A DNA stretch of 64,000 nt, from assembly GCA_029245795.1 (NCBI GenBank), contig JAQWOP010000018.1:44733-108732 (forward strand). Reading direction: 5' to 3'. Each line of letters opens with the position of its first letter. Position 1 is the stretch's first letter. This stretch comes from Hyphomicrobiales bacterium (GTDB lineage Bacteria > Pseudomonadota > Alphaproteobacteria > Rhizobiales > TMED25). A program made the position numbers and the translations under genes. Positions 52,516 through 62,656 of this stretch are shown one piece after another. Below the pieces are notes generated by a model that was given only the letters and a program-made list of their open reading frames with translations, made no database searches and was not told the origin of the DNA.

Positions 52516-53700
52516 CTAATCTTTGAAATGCTTTGATAACTTTAAACCTTGTGATTGATAAGTTGAACCAATATCAACGCCGTATAATTTTGTTGGGAGT
52601 TCTGCGAGTTTTTCGTATTTAAGCCTAGCAATAATCTGTTCATCTTCTAAATAAAATGGAACATCGAGACTTCTAACCTCTAAAACTGCCTTACTTGCAT
52701 TTTGTATATCAGTATTTCCAAATCCTGGATCAAAAAAACCAGCATAGTGAACTCTTAACTCACCCATCGATGGATCAATAGGAACCATTTCAGCCGCATA
52801 ACTCGGAGGAATCTTAACAGCCTCATTTGACGATAAAATATAGAACTCATTTGGATCTAAGATCAGTCTTTTTTTATCATTTTCAAAAATTGGATCCCAA
52901 TAATCTTCAATCAAATAGTTCCTTATTTTGTCAAGGTCTATTGGCGGTGTATAGTGCTTAGCTTTATAACCAATTATTTTATCAGGATCACTTAAGGAAA
53001 CACCAAGCTGAAGACCATCAGCAATTTTTGCTTGACCAACAACCAAACCAAAGCCACCTGAATTTTTTGCAGTATTATCATGAAGTTTAGATAATTCTCT
53101 ATCAGATATTATTGATCTTTGTTGTTTCATTTGAGTAGGACTCTTTCTTATAAATCTTAGTTGGCTTAACCTAGAATTTTCTCGAATAATTATTGAAAAC
53201 TTATGTGGAGCAACTTCAGCATATAGTGGTCCATTATATCCAGATGTTATTTTATCAAATGACTGAGTGCCATCAGCTATAATCCTGGTAAAGACATCCA
53301 ATCTTCCCGTAGAACTTTTTGGATTAGCTATAGCCCAAATACTATCTGGCAGCTCAAGAAATTCTTTTACTTCTACTAAATACACACAATCTCTTTCAAG
53401 AACGGCTCCATTTTCAATACTAAACTCGTGGTCAATTAGATCCTGCGCACAATCCATGACTGATTTCTTATCTTTAGGGATAAAACTAGCCCTGATTCGA
53501 TAAGCTTTTTTCCCTAAACGCAGATCTAAACTTGCGGGTTGAATTTGTTGATCTGGGATCGGATCTATTGAGAGGATTTTTTTTCTAGCAATTAACTTTT
53601 TAATAAGGCCATCAGGTAGAATACCGCTAGCTCCACTTAGATTTAAATTTTTGTTTTCTTTGTAAGCTGTTTGATGTATATTTTCGCGGATAAGGGTCAT
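52516..53700 (-). CDS. dcd: dCTP deaminase, long alphaproteobacterial type
   Basis: QPASLDLRLG, NPKSSTGRLDVF, RVHYAGFFDPGFG, YQSQGLKLSKHF. Confidence 0.93.
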   Translation of the reverse strand: MTLIRENIHQTAYKENKNLNLSGASGILPDGLIKKLIARKKILSIDPIPDQQIQPASLDLRLGKKAYRIRASFIPKDKKSVMDCAQDLIDHEFSIENGAVLERDCVYLVEVKEFLELPDSIWAIANPKSSTGRLDVFTRIIADGTQSFDKITSGYNGPLYAEVAPHKFSIIIRENSRLSQLRFIRKSPTQMKQQRSIISDRELSKLHDNTAKNSGGFGLVVGQAKIADGLQLGVSLSDPDKIIGYKAKHYTPPIDLDKIRNYLIEDYWDPIFENDKKRLILDPNEFYILSSNEAVKIPPSYAAEMVPIDPSMGELRVHYAGFFDPGFGNTDIQNASKAVLEVRSLDVPFYLEDEQIIARLKYEKLAELPTKLYGVDIGSTYQSQGLKLSKHFKD

Positions 53701-53901
53701 TTATTTAGTGTAATTTTTTTTATTAATTATTATTACATAAAAAAGTTTTTATAAATAGTCAATTGTGATCGAAATAAACACATATTTATTCTTCAAATAT
53801 CATTTATAAATATAATTGGTTACATCTATAACATAGTTTAATATAATTAGATTTAATTCCATAGGATATCTTATTATTTATAGAATTATTAAGGAGTTGA
53901 A

Positions 53902-55095
53902 ATGTCTGACAAGAGATCAAAAGATTTACTAAATATTCAGACTAAATTTATTCATTCAGGATCACTGAGATCCCAGTTCAATGAAACCTCTGAAGCTATA
54001 TATTTGACATCAGGTTATATATATAGTTCAGCTGAAGAAGCTGAGGCAAGGTTTAAAGGTGATGATGATGGCTATATTTATAGCAGATATTCTAATCCTA
54101 ATCTATCAATGTTAGAGAATAAGTTGTGTGAAATGGAGGGCGCTGAATCTGCTAGATTAACTTCGAGTGGAATGGCGGCTGTCTTTTGGTCTATTTTTGC
54201 AAATGTTCAATCTGGAGATCATATTGTTGCTGCGGATGCAATTTTTGGATCATGCTTATCTATATTGAAAGATATACTCCCAAATTATGGTATTGAAATT
54301 ACAATTGTTAGGGCGACAAGAATAGCTCAATGGAAAAAGGCTATAAAGAAAAATACAAAAATATTTTTCTTTGAGACCCCGACTAATCCAATGCTTGAAA
54401 TATTAGATATTTCTGAGTTATCAGAGCTTGCTAAATTACATAATATAAAGGTTATCGTTGATAATGTTTTTGCCACTCCATTGCGTCAGCGTCCTTTACA
54501 ATTTGGAGCTGATATTGTCATATATTCGGGAACTAAGCATATAGACGGACAGGGAAGATGTTTAGGTGGAGCTATTTTGAGTGATAGAGAATTTATAGAG
54601 AATAAGTTGCATGATTACCTTAAGCATACAGGCCCAGCCCTTAGCCCATTCAATGCATGGATTATGATGAAAGGTTTGGAAACTCTGGCTGTTAGAACAG
54701 ATAAGCAAATTGATAATGCAGCTCAAATTGCTAATCAAATGGCAGATATGCATAATATAGTAGATGTGATTTATCCAGGGCATACATCGCACCCACAATA
54801 TATAATAGCTCAAAAACAAATGGATGGCGGAGGTCCAATGCTAACTTTTAAGATTAGGGGAGGGAAGAAAGAGGCATTTAATTTCCTAAATCAGCTAAAA
54901 ATAATCAAAATTTCAAATAATTTGGGTGATTCAAAAAGCTTAATAACTCATCCTGCAACTACAACGCACCGAAGTTTGCTTCCAAAGGAAAGGGAGACAC
55001 TTGGTATAACTGACAACACACTTAGACTATCCGTAGGCCTTGAAGATGTTAAAGATATATTATTAGATCTTCATGAAGCATCTAAGAAGGTTTAA
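53902..55095 (+). CDS. metZ: O-succinylhomoserine sulfhydrylase
   Basis: RSQFNETSEA, YSRYSNP, DNVFATP, SGTKHIDGQGR, NNLGDSKS; divergent from dcd. Confidence 0.95.
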   Translation: MSDKRSKDLLNIQTKFIHSGSLRSQFNETSEAIYLTSGYIYSSAEEAEARFKGDDDGYIYSRYSNPNLSMLENKLCEMEGAESARLTSSGMAAVFWSIFANVQSGDHIVAADAIFGSCLSILKDILPNYGIEITIVRATRIAQWKKAIKKNTKIFFFETPTNPMLEILDISELSELAKLHNIKVIVDNVFATPLRQRPLQFGADIVIYSGTKHIDGQGRCLGGAILSDREFIENKLHDYLKHTGPALSPFNAWIMMKGLETLAVRTDKQIDNAAQIANQMADMHNIVDVIYPGHTSHPQYIIAQKQMDGGGPMLTFKIRGGKKEAFNFLNQLKIIKISNNLGDSKSLITHPATTTHRSLLPKERETLGITDNTLRLSVGLEDVKDILLDLHEASKKV

Positions 55096-55097
55096 TC

Positions 55098-55472
55098 ATG
55101 GATAATAATAGAAATTTCAAGAAATATGGAATAGATAATTCTGTTTTAAAGGATGAGCTATATTTATCAGCAGAAGAAGAAATTCATGCACTTCATAAAA
55201 ACATTAGCTCCTTCATTTATTTAATTTTCTCAAATGCGCTTTATAAATTTAATGAAGATACTAAAATTATTAGGGTTAATGAAGAAGAATCTTTTTTAAG
55301 GGAAGATTCATTGGCATATAGATTAGATCCAAATCAAGGAATTTTATTAGAGTATAATAATGATGAGTCTGTAGAATATATCTACTCAAGTGATGTAAAT
55401 TTTTTTACTAAAGACTTTAATCAGTTAAACGCTTTGACAGAGCATAATATCATTAATTATTTTGATATTTAG
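55098..55472 (+). CDS. Hypothetical acidic protein (124 aa)
   Basis: Fills the gap exactly between metZ (2 nt) and trkH (17 nt) on the same strand; no family recognised. Confidence 0.7.
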   Translation: MDNNRNFKKYGIDNSVLKDELYLSAEEEIHALHKNISSFIYLIFSNALYKFNEDTKIIRVNEEESFLREDSLAYRLDPNQGILLEYNNDESVEYIYSSDVNFFTKDFNQLNALTEHNIINYFDI

Positions 55473-55489
55473 AACGTAAAATTACGCAA

Positions 55490-56935
55490 ATGAAATTTTA
55501 TCCAATAATAAAAATAATAGGAATATTCTTAATTATATTAGGTTTATTCATGTTGTTACCAGCTTTGATTGATGCTATTTACCAGCATCCAAATTATAAA
55601 GTATTTATTTTATCTTCTCTTATTACTAGCATGGTTGGATTCATATTGCTTCTGTCAGTATGGGGGAAGCAACAGCAACTTGGTTTAAGGGAAGCCTTTC
55701 TTTTAACAACCTCGACATGGGTGGCAATAGCAATTTTTTCTTCAATACCATTTTATATGTCAGATCTTAGTTTAAATTTTACAGATGCTTTCTTTGAGTC
55801 TATGTCTGGAATAACAACAACTGGTGCAACAGTGATAAATAATCTTGAAATACAGTCAAAGGGTGTATTAATTTGGAGAGCTCTATTGCAGTGGTTAGGA
55901 GGCATAGGGATTATTGTTATGGCCGTTGCAGTTTTGCCTATGCTACAAGTTGGAGGTATGCAACTTTTTCGATTAGAGTCATCAGATAATGCCGACAAGA
56001 TTTTGCCAAGAGCTACACAAATTGCTGGTTCACTTGTTCTTTTATATCTAATTATTACTTTTATATGTGCCTTATCATATAATATCGCTGGGATGGGATT
56101 ATTTGACTCCTTAGCTCATTCATTAACTACAATATCAACGGGAGGCTATTCAACCCATTCTCAATCTTTTGGTTTTTTTGATAACGCTAGGATAGAATAT
56201 ATTGCAGTAGTCTTTATGATAGTTGGTAGCCTTCCATTTGTCCTATATCTTCAATTTGTTAGGGGTAAGCCAGGTAATTTATTCCTAGATAGTCAAGTTA
56301 TAACATTTATGGTTATCTTAGTTTTATCAATTATATTGTGTACTATATATATTCAAACATCTATAGGAATGGATACATGGGAAGCTTTAAGGAGGGCAAC
56401 TTTTAATGTGACGTCAATATTCACTGGAACTGGTTATGTATCTGCTGATTATATGTTATGGGGACCTTTTGTTATTGCATTATTTTTCTTTTTGATGTTA
56501 ATGGGTGGCTGTGCTGGTTCAACATCTTGTGGTTTAAAAATTTTTAGATTCCAAATATTATTGAAGCAAGTAATTGTTCAGACTAAGAAAGTTGCATTTC
56601 CAAATGCTGTCTTTATTCCATTGTATAATGGGAGAGAAATACCCGAAAGTGTAAATAAAGCTGTAACGTCTTTCTTTCTATTATTTGTGCTATCTTTTGT
56701 TATTGTTGGCGTAATTTTGAGTCTATTTGGGCTTGATTTGATTACAGCATTCTCCGCATCAGCTAGTGCATTAGCAAATGTTGGTCCTGGGCTTGGTAAC
56801 ATTGTTGGGCCTACGGAAACTTATACTTCTATTCATATTTATGCGAAGTGGATACTATCTTTTGCTATGCTACTCGGAAGATTAGAGATTTTTACTGTTA
56901 TAGTTATATTCACATCTTATTTTTGGAGACAGTAG
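55490..56935 (+). CDS. trkH: Trk-type K+ uptake membrane protein
   Basis: FESMSGITTTG, QWLGGIG, STGG, TGTG, GGCAGST, NVGPG, GRLE. Confidence 0.95.
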   Translation: MKFYPIIKIIGIFLIILGLFMLLPALIDAIYQHPNYKVFILSSLITSMVGFILLLSVWGKQQQLGLREAFLLTTSTWVAIAIFSSIPFYMSDLSLNFTDAFFESMSGITTTGATVINNLEIQSKGVLIWRALLQWLGGIGIIVMAVAVLPMLQVGGMQLFRLESSDNADKILPRATQIAGSLVLLYLIITFICALSYNIAGMGLFDSLAHSLTTISTGGYSTHSQSFGFFDNARIEYIAVVFMIVGSLPFVLYLQFVRGKPGNLFLDSQVITFMVILVLSIILCTIYIQTSIGMDTWEALRRATFNVTSIFTGTGYVSADYMLWGPFVIALFFFLMLMGGCAGSTSCGLKIFRFQILLKQVIVQTKKVAFPNAVFIPLYNGREIPESVNKAVTSFFLLFVLSFVIVGVILSLFGLDLITAFSASASALANVGPGLGNIVGPTETYTSIHIYAKWILSFAMLLGRLEIFTVIVIFTSYFWRQ

Positions 56936-58111
56936 ATCAAAGATAATTTTGACATAGACGATATATTATATTTACAAAAGAATATTTTAGAAAATCTTAT
57001 TTCTTTTGATACTACGAGTGAAAAGAACAATTTAGGTGTTATTGATTTTATTGAGAAGTTTTTGACGCAGAATAACATTGTTTCTTCTCGTGTCTTCAAT
57101 TCTGATCAAACAAAAGCTTCGCTATATTATACCATAGGAAAATCTGATAAAAAAGGTGTATTATTTTCAGCCCATACAGATACTGTCCCAGCTGATAAAT
57201 CAGATTGGTCATGTGATCCTTATAAATTAAAAATTAAGAATAAACGATACTATGGTCGTGGTACCACAGATATGAAAGGCTTTATATCGATAATTCTAGC
57301 TCTCACTCCTTGGGTCAATAACCAAAGATTTAAAAATCCAGTTCATGTTGCATTATCTTATGATGAAGAAGTTGGTTGCTTAGGAGTAAGGCCGTTAATT
57401 GATGAAATGAAAGATAAAATTATGCAACCAAATTTAGTTGTTGTTGGTGAACCAACTCAGCTTAAGATTATTGACAGACATAAAAGTTGCCATACTTTTG
57501 AAACTGAATTTTTTGGGAAAAAAGCTCACTCAGCTAATCCTTCTTGGGGTTGTAATTCAATATATTACGCAGTAAAATTTGTTTCTAAATTAAGACAATT
57601 AGAGGAAGACTTAAAAAGTGGGTGTAATGACGATAATTTTGATCCACCTCATACAACAATAAATGTTGGTGTTATACAAGGTGGTGTTGCTCATAATATA
57701 GTTCCCGATTATACCAAAGTTGTATGGAATATAAGATGTTTGCCAAATATTGATCATAAAGTAATTCTTGAGGATCTGTTTAGCAATCAGTTGCCAAAGA
57801 TTGAGGATCAAATGAAAAAAGATCATTCAAATTCTTATATCTTAAATTCAAATTTATCAAATATACATTCTCTTATTCCAAGTGAAACTCTAAATTCCAT
57901 TAAACTCATCAAAGAGAATAGTTTATCTTCTATGAAGGGAGTTTCTTATGGAACTGATGCTGGTTATTTTTCCAATATAGGATGGCCCACAATTGTTTGC
58001 GGACCTGGGAATATAGCGCAAGCCCATCAGTCAGATGAATTTATTGAAATTAAAGATATTAGGGATGGTATGGTATTTATTAGAGATTTAATTAGGGATA
58101 TGTGTAATTAA
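56936..58111 (+). CDS. argE: Acetylornithine deacetylase (M20); start uncertain, probably the ATC at 56936
   Basis: AHTDTVP, GRGTTDMKG, DEEVGC, GEPT, GPG.IAQAH..DE; the N-terminal ILENLISFDTTS..NL..IDFI lies in frame upstream of the track's TTG at 57062. Confidence 0.88.
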   Translation: MKDNFDIDDILYLQKNILENLISFDTTSEKNNLGVIDFIEKFLTQNNIVSSRVFNSDQTKASLYYTIGKSDKKGVLFSAHTDTVPADKSDWSCDPYKLKIKNKRYYGRGTTDMKGFISIILALTPWVNNQRFKNPVHVALSYDEEVGCLGVRPLIDEMKDKIMQPNLVVVGEPTQLKIIDRHKSCHTFETEFFGKKAHSANPSWGCNSIYYAVKFVSKLRQLEEDLKSGCNDDNFDPPHTTINVGVIQGGVAHNIVPDYTKVVWNIRCLPNIDHKVILEDLFSNQLPKIEDQMKKDHSNSYILNSNLSNIHSLIPSETLNSIKLIKENSLSSMKGVSYGTDAGYFSNIGWPTIVCGPGNIAQAHQSDEFIEIKDIRDGMVFIRDLIRDMCN

Positions 58112-59037
58112 ATTCCAAAGCAATATTTTAATATCCCTTTTTGAATATGAAGTCTATTTTCTGCCTGTTGATATACAAGAGATCTTGGGCTATCAATAAC
58201 TTCGTTAGTAACTTCCTGTCCTCTATGAGCAGGAAGGCAGTGAAGGAAAACTGCATGTTTTGGAGTTTTTTCAAAGAGTTTTTCATTAACTTGATATTGC
58301 TCTAAGATTTTAATTTTTTCTTCTTTATTTGTCTCTTTGTCATTCATAGAAACCCACGTGTCTGTCACAATACAATCAGCATTGGAGACAACATCATTGA
58401 TATTCTCAGTTATATTTATTTTTGCTTTGTTATCTAATGCAAGTTTTAAATAATTTTTATTAGGTGAGAATTGACTTGGAACTGCCATATTTAAATTAAA
58501 TCCAAAAATTTGAGAAGCTTGTATCCAAGTATTTGCTACGTTGTTGCCATCACCTACCCAAGCAATATTTATGTTTTCAATACTCCCCATATGTTCGTGT
58601 AAAGTCATCAAGTCTGCCATAATTTGACAGGGATGACTTAAATTTGTAAGAGCGTTAATAACTGAACAATCTGAATTATTTGCAAATTCATTCAAATCTT
58701 TATGGCTAGCATTTCTAATAATTACGCCGTCCACATATCTAGATAATACTTTCGCAGTATCTTTAATTGATTCACCTCTACCAAGCTGAGAAGTACTTGA
58801 ATCTAAGAAAATACAATGCCCACCTAACTGGTTTATTGCAAGTTCAAAGGAAATTCTGGTTCTCGTTGAAGGCTCATCAAATAAAAGGATCAGCGACTTA
58901 TTTTTAAGTAAATTTGAATATCCAGTTTTATCATTCTTAGCAGCAAGACCAAATGTCAGAATATTATATAATTCATCTCTATCAATTTCATTTAGATTAA
59001 TGAAATTTTTAATGGTATTAATTTTCTTTTGTTGCAT
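58108..59037 (-). CDS. argF: Ornithine carbamoyltransferase
   Basis: PSTRTRISF, HPCQ, TDTWVSM, FLHCLPAHRG, AENRLH. Confidence 0.97.
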   Translation of the reverse strand: MQQKKINTIKNFINLNEIDRDELYNILTFGLAAKNDKTGYSNLLKNKSLILLFDEPSTRTRISFELAINQLGGHCIFLDSSTSQLGRGESIKDTAKVLSRYVDGVIIRNASHKDLNEFANNSDCSVINALTNLSHPCQIMADLMTLHEHMGSIENINIAWVGDGNNVANTWIQASQIFGFNLNMAVPSQFSPNKNYLKLALDNKAKINITENINDVVSNADCIVTDTWVSMNDKETNKEEKIKILEQYQVNEKLFEKTPKHAVFLHCLPAHRGQEVTNEVIDSPRSLVYQQAENRLHIQKGILKYCFGI

Positions 59038-60211
59038 TTTCTTTATCTATATTTTGTACTGATTTTTTTATAATCTGGGTTACTTTATTTATCTCTGGAA
59101 TTGTTATATTTAGTGGAGGCAGAATACGAACTACATTATCTCCAGCATTAACAGTCAAAACACCATTTTTATATAATTCATTTGCTAGGATAGTATTCTC
59201 AATATTGCATTTTATCCCAATCATTAATCCAAGGCCTTTAATGCCGGTTATTATATTTGGATATTTTTTAGCAATCTGATTTAATTTGAGATGAAATAAG
59301 TTTGCTTTATCACTAATGTCACTTAGAAAGTCAGGATTTGAGACAATATCAGTAACACAATTTCCTACCGCCATAGCCAGAGGATTTCCTCCAAATGTAG
59401 ACCCATGAGTTCCTGGATTCATGGCATCACCAACAGGGCTTGTCATTAGACAAGCTCCAATAGGGAACCCTCCTCCAAGTCCTTTCGCTAAGGCCATAAT
59501 ATCTGGTTTTATATTAAACAATTCATGAGCGAACATTTTACCAGTTCGACCCATTCCACATTGCACTTCGTCAAGCAATAAAAGAATTTTCTTATCACGC
59601 GCAATACTTTCCACGTTCATAAGGAAGTCCCTATCAAATACATTTATACCTCCTTCACCTTGAATAGGCTCAATGAGGATTGCAGCTGTATTCTTATCAA
59701 TAACTCTTAAAAGTTGATCAAGGTTATTTCGTTCAATATTAATAAACCCCTCTAAAGGCAATCCAAATCCTTCAAGATGATTAATATTATTTGATGCTGC
59801 AATAGTTCCAAGCGTTCGACCATGAAATGATCCCTTGAAGGTTATAATATTTTTCTTTTCTTTGTAGCCTTGGGAGAATTGGTATCTTCTAGCTGCTTTA
59901 ATTGAACATTCAACAGCTTCTGCTCCTGAATTACAGAAAAAAACTTTGTCCGCAAAGGATAAGTTTGTAAGTTTTCTCGCTAATATTTCTTGTTCCTCGA
60001 TTTGGTATAAATTTGATACATGCCATAATTTTTTTGATTGTTTTTGAAGTGCATCAATTAGACTTTTATTTGAGTGACCGAGTAAATTAACCGCTATACC
60101 GGCGGCAAGATCTATATATTTCTTATTATCATTTGTAAATAAATAGATTCCTTTGCCATGAGAAAATGTTATTTTTTTCCTGTTATACGTATTTGCTACA
60201 GAAGTATTCAT
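59018..60211 (-). CDS. argD: Acetylornithine aminotransferase
   Basis: NSGAEA, FHGRT, EPIQGEGG, DEVQ.G, AKGLGGG, HGSTFGGNP. Confidence 0.95.
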   Translation of the reverse strand: MNTSVANTYNRKKITFSHGKGIYLFTNDNKKYIDLAAGIAVNLLGHSNKSLIDALQKQSKKLWHVSNLYQIEEQEILARKLTNLSFADKVFFCNSGAEAVECSIKAARRYQFSQGYKEKKNIITFKGSFHGRTLGTIAASNNINHLEGFGLPLEGFINIERNNLDQLLRVIDKNTAAILIEPIQGEGGINVFDRDFLMNVESIARDKKILLLLDEVQCGMGRTGKMFAHELFNIKPDIMALAKGLGGGFPIGACLMTSPVGDAMNPGTHGSTFGGNPLAMAVGNCVTDIVSNPDFLSDISDKANLFHLKLNQIAKKYPNIITGIKGLGLMIGIKCNIENTILANELYKNGVLTVNAGDNVVRILPPLNITIPEINKVTQIIKKSVQNIDKENATKEN

Positions 60212-60285
60212 AGTTTTTTTAAATATTTGAGTTAAATAGGGTATTTTAATCAGAAAAAAATATTAGTCAATTATATATATTTTAC

Positions 60286-61101
60286 TTATGATTTTAATTT
60301 ATATCCAATATTGATCAAATGACAACAGAATGCAAAAAGTATGATATTTAATATTAGCAGAGTAGCTCCTCCAAAAAATAAATTGCCATCAGCGTATCCT
60401 GTAATTCCATATCGAAAACCGTCAATAGCTTGAAAGAAAGGATTAAATTGAGCTATTTGATACACCTGATTAGGCAAATCACGAATTGAGTAAAATGTGC
60501 CAGATAAGAAAGTCATTGGTGTTATTATGAAGTTAGTTACAGCACCCATATGATCAAATTTGTCAGCCCAAAGCCCTCCAAGTATTCCAATTAGGCTCAT
60601 AAAAAGAGATCCCATTATTGAATAATAGAAAATTGCAAGTAGACTATGAAAAGAAATGTCTAAAAAGACTGTTATTATTGCGAACCCAATAATGGCAATT
60701 ATTCCACCTCGAGCAACTCCTCCAACTACATATCCAGTAGTAATCTCGAGGGCATTTAATGGGGGTAGTAATAAATCAACAATATTACCTTGAATTTTTC
60801 CGCTAACTATAGATGAAGAAGTGTTTGCAAAAGCATTCTGAAGGATCATCATCATAATAATACCAGGCGCTAGAAAATGCGAAAATGCCATACCATGTAT
60901 CTCAGGTCTTGTTTTACCAATGGCAACAGAAAACACAAAAAGAAATAGTAACGCTGTCATAAGTGGGCCAAAAACAGTTTGTTGCCATACTTTGAGAAAC
61001 CTTCTGACCTCTCTCTGTATTAAGGTCAGAAGACCGAGCCAATTTACAAGCCCTATTTTTCTATGAGTAGTTATATAAACTTGTGTATTTTTCTTAGCCA
61101 T
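60286..61101 (-). CDS. ABC-2 type permease (YadH-like)
   Basis: REVRRF.KV..QT, FLAPG, NAFAN.SSS, FLSGTFYS, NPFF..IDGFRYG; conserved neighbour of gcrA. Confidence 0.9.
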   Translation of the reverse strand: MAKKNTQVYITTHRKIGLVNWLGLLTLIQREVRRFLKVWQQTVFGPLMTALLFLFVFSVAIGKTRPEIHGMAFSHFLAPGIIMMMILQNAFANTSSSIVSGKIQGNIVDLLLPPLNALEITTGYVVGGVARGGIIAIIGFAIITVFLDISFHSLLAIFYYSIMGSLFMSLIGILGGLWADKFDHMGAVTNFIITPMTFLSGTFYSIRDLPNQVYQIAQFNPFFQAIDGFRYGITGYADGNLFFGGATLLILNIILFAFCCHLINIGYKLKS

Positions 61102-61241
61102 ATAGCCAAAATATAATACTTATCTCTGTTGAAAACAATACTTAAAAGTACTGTTTTTGCGCAAATGTAGTAGTATAATACTCAATATTACGACAATATA
61201 TTGATTTCAAAATTATTTATAACTTTAATCAAGAGGGTTTT

Positions 61242-61736
61242 ATGGCTTGGACAAATGAAAGAGTTGAAGAATTAAAGAATTTATGGTCTGAAGGGTTAAG
61301 TGCAAGTCAAATTGCAAAGCGTTTGGGTGATGTTACAAGAAACGCTGTTATAGGCAAAGTTCATAGATTAGGGTTGGAAGCGAGAATAAAACCAATAAAG
61401 AAACAAGTTCCTGTAGGGCAATTGGATGCAAATGTAATTTCTGTAAGTTATTCAGGTAATCTAGCATTTAAAGATATTTCTCATGATGAAACCGATTATT
61501 CTTCAAAAGTAGGTCTTTCAGAACCTCAGACAAATAACCTTCATGCAGTATCTGACCCTCAATATGTTAGTATATTAAATCTAACAGAAAATAATTGCAA
61601 ATGGCCTATTGGAGACCCTGGTGACGCAGAATTTCATTTTTGTGGAGACCAACCATTAGCTAACATGCCTTATTGTGAAATGCATGCTAGAAAAGCTTAT
61701 AAGAAATTAAAGGCAAATATTAAATTTTCAAATTAG
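61242..61736 (+). CDS. gcrA: Cell-cycle regulator GcrA
   Basis: MAWTNERVEEL..LW.EGLSASQIA, TRNAVIGKVHRLGL, CKWPIGDP..F.FCG..PYC.MH. Confidence 0.96.
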   Translation: MAWTNERVEELKNLWSEGLSASQIAKRLGDVTRNAVIGKVHRLGLEARIKPIKKQVPVGQLDANVISVSYSGNLAFKDISHDETDYSSKVGLSEPQTNNLHAVSDPQYVSILNLTENNCKWPIGDPGDAEFHFCGDQPLANMPYCEMHARKAYKKLKANIKFSN

Positions 61737-62614
61737 AAACTGAGTTGATAGCTTATAGGCAACCAATTGAAGCTTGATGTTCCTTTTTCTTCGACATATC
61801 CAATTGATGGGAACGGCATATGAAATCCGATCATTGGAACTTTTTCTTTTGCTAACATACTTAGAATGCGTTTCCTACTTTCAACTGCCAGATCCTTGTC
61901 ATCATCAAACATTACATGCCAATCTGGAACTTGCATCGATACAACATAGTGATTTGTAATATCAGCAGCATAAAAAATCCTTTTATTTTCACTCTCAATA
62001 TTGAAACACATATGTCCAGGTGAATGACCAAAACCATTAACGGCTGTTATACCAGTTACTACTTCTTGATCAGGTTTAATAAAACTCATTCTTTCTGATA
62101 GTGGAATACAAATCTTTTCAAATAATTCTCTATTAGGCTTCCTTTGTTTGGGTATATTTTTTCCAGTTTTCCATGAATCATATTCTGTTTCTCCAATAAT
62201 TATCGTAGCATTATTAAAATAACCATCATTAATTAAAGCCAATCCACCAATATGATCTGGATGACAATGCGAGATAACTATTTTAGTTATATCTTGTTGA
62301 TTATAACCAGATTTTTCTATTAAATTTAATAGCTTACCATGATTGTCATTTAGTTTTCCATTTCCAGTATCAAATAAGATCAAATCTTTTCCTGTGTTGA
62401 TTATAAGAGGTGTAAACCCATGCTCAAATTTAGTTTCTGGTAAGTAATTCTTTCTCAAAAGTTCATGGACTTCAGACTCTTTTTTATTTGAGCCAAAGAT
62501 TGGATATGGTCCATCTCTTTGAACAATGCCATCTAATAGGGTTGATATTTCAAACTCACCAAGTGTAACCCTAAATATTTCTGGCTGTATGTTACCTGTT
62601 TTATGTATTGTCAT
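61733..62614 (-). CDS. Metallo-beta-lactamase fold hydrolase (lactonase/MPH-like)
   Basis: FDTG, HCHPDHIGG, GHSPGH, AD, FHMPFP. Confidence 0.88.
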   Translation of the reverse strand: MTIHKTGNIQPEIFRVTLGEFEISTLLDGIVQRDGPYPIFGSNKKESEVHELLRKNYLPETKFEHGFTPLIINTGKDLILFDTGNGKLNDNHGKLLNLIEKSGYNQQDITKIVISHCHPDHIGGLALINDGYFNNATIIIGETEYDSWKTGKNIPKQRKPNRELFEKICIPLSERMSFIKPDQEVVTGITAVNGFGHSPGHMCFNIESENKRIFYAADITNHYVVSMQVPDWHVMFDDDKDLAVESRKRILSMLAKEKVPMIGFHMPFPSIGYVEEKGTSSFNWLPISYQLSF

Positions 62615-62656
62615 GAGTGTCTCTTTAAAAATTTATTACAGAATATTTAATTTCTT

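Noticed and set aside
60286-61101. ABC-2 permease without ATPase
   Set aside because: Known conserved orphan arrangement between argD and gcrA
61102-61241. CtrA box upstream of gcrA
   Set aside because: No TTAA-N7-TTAA found by eye in the spacer
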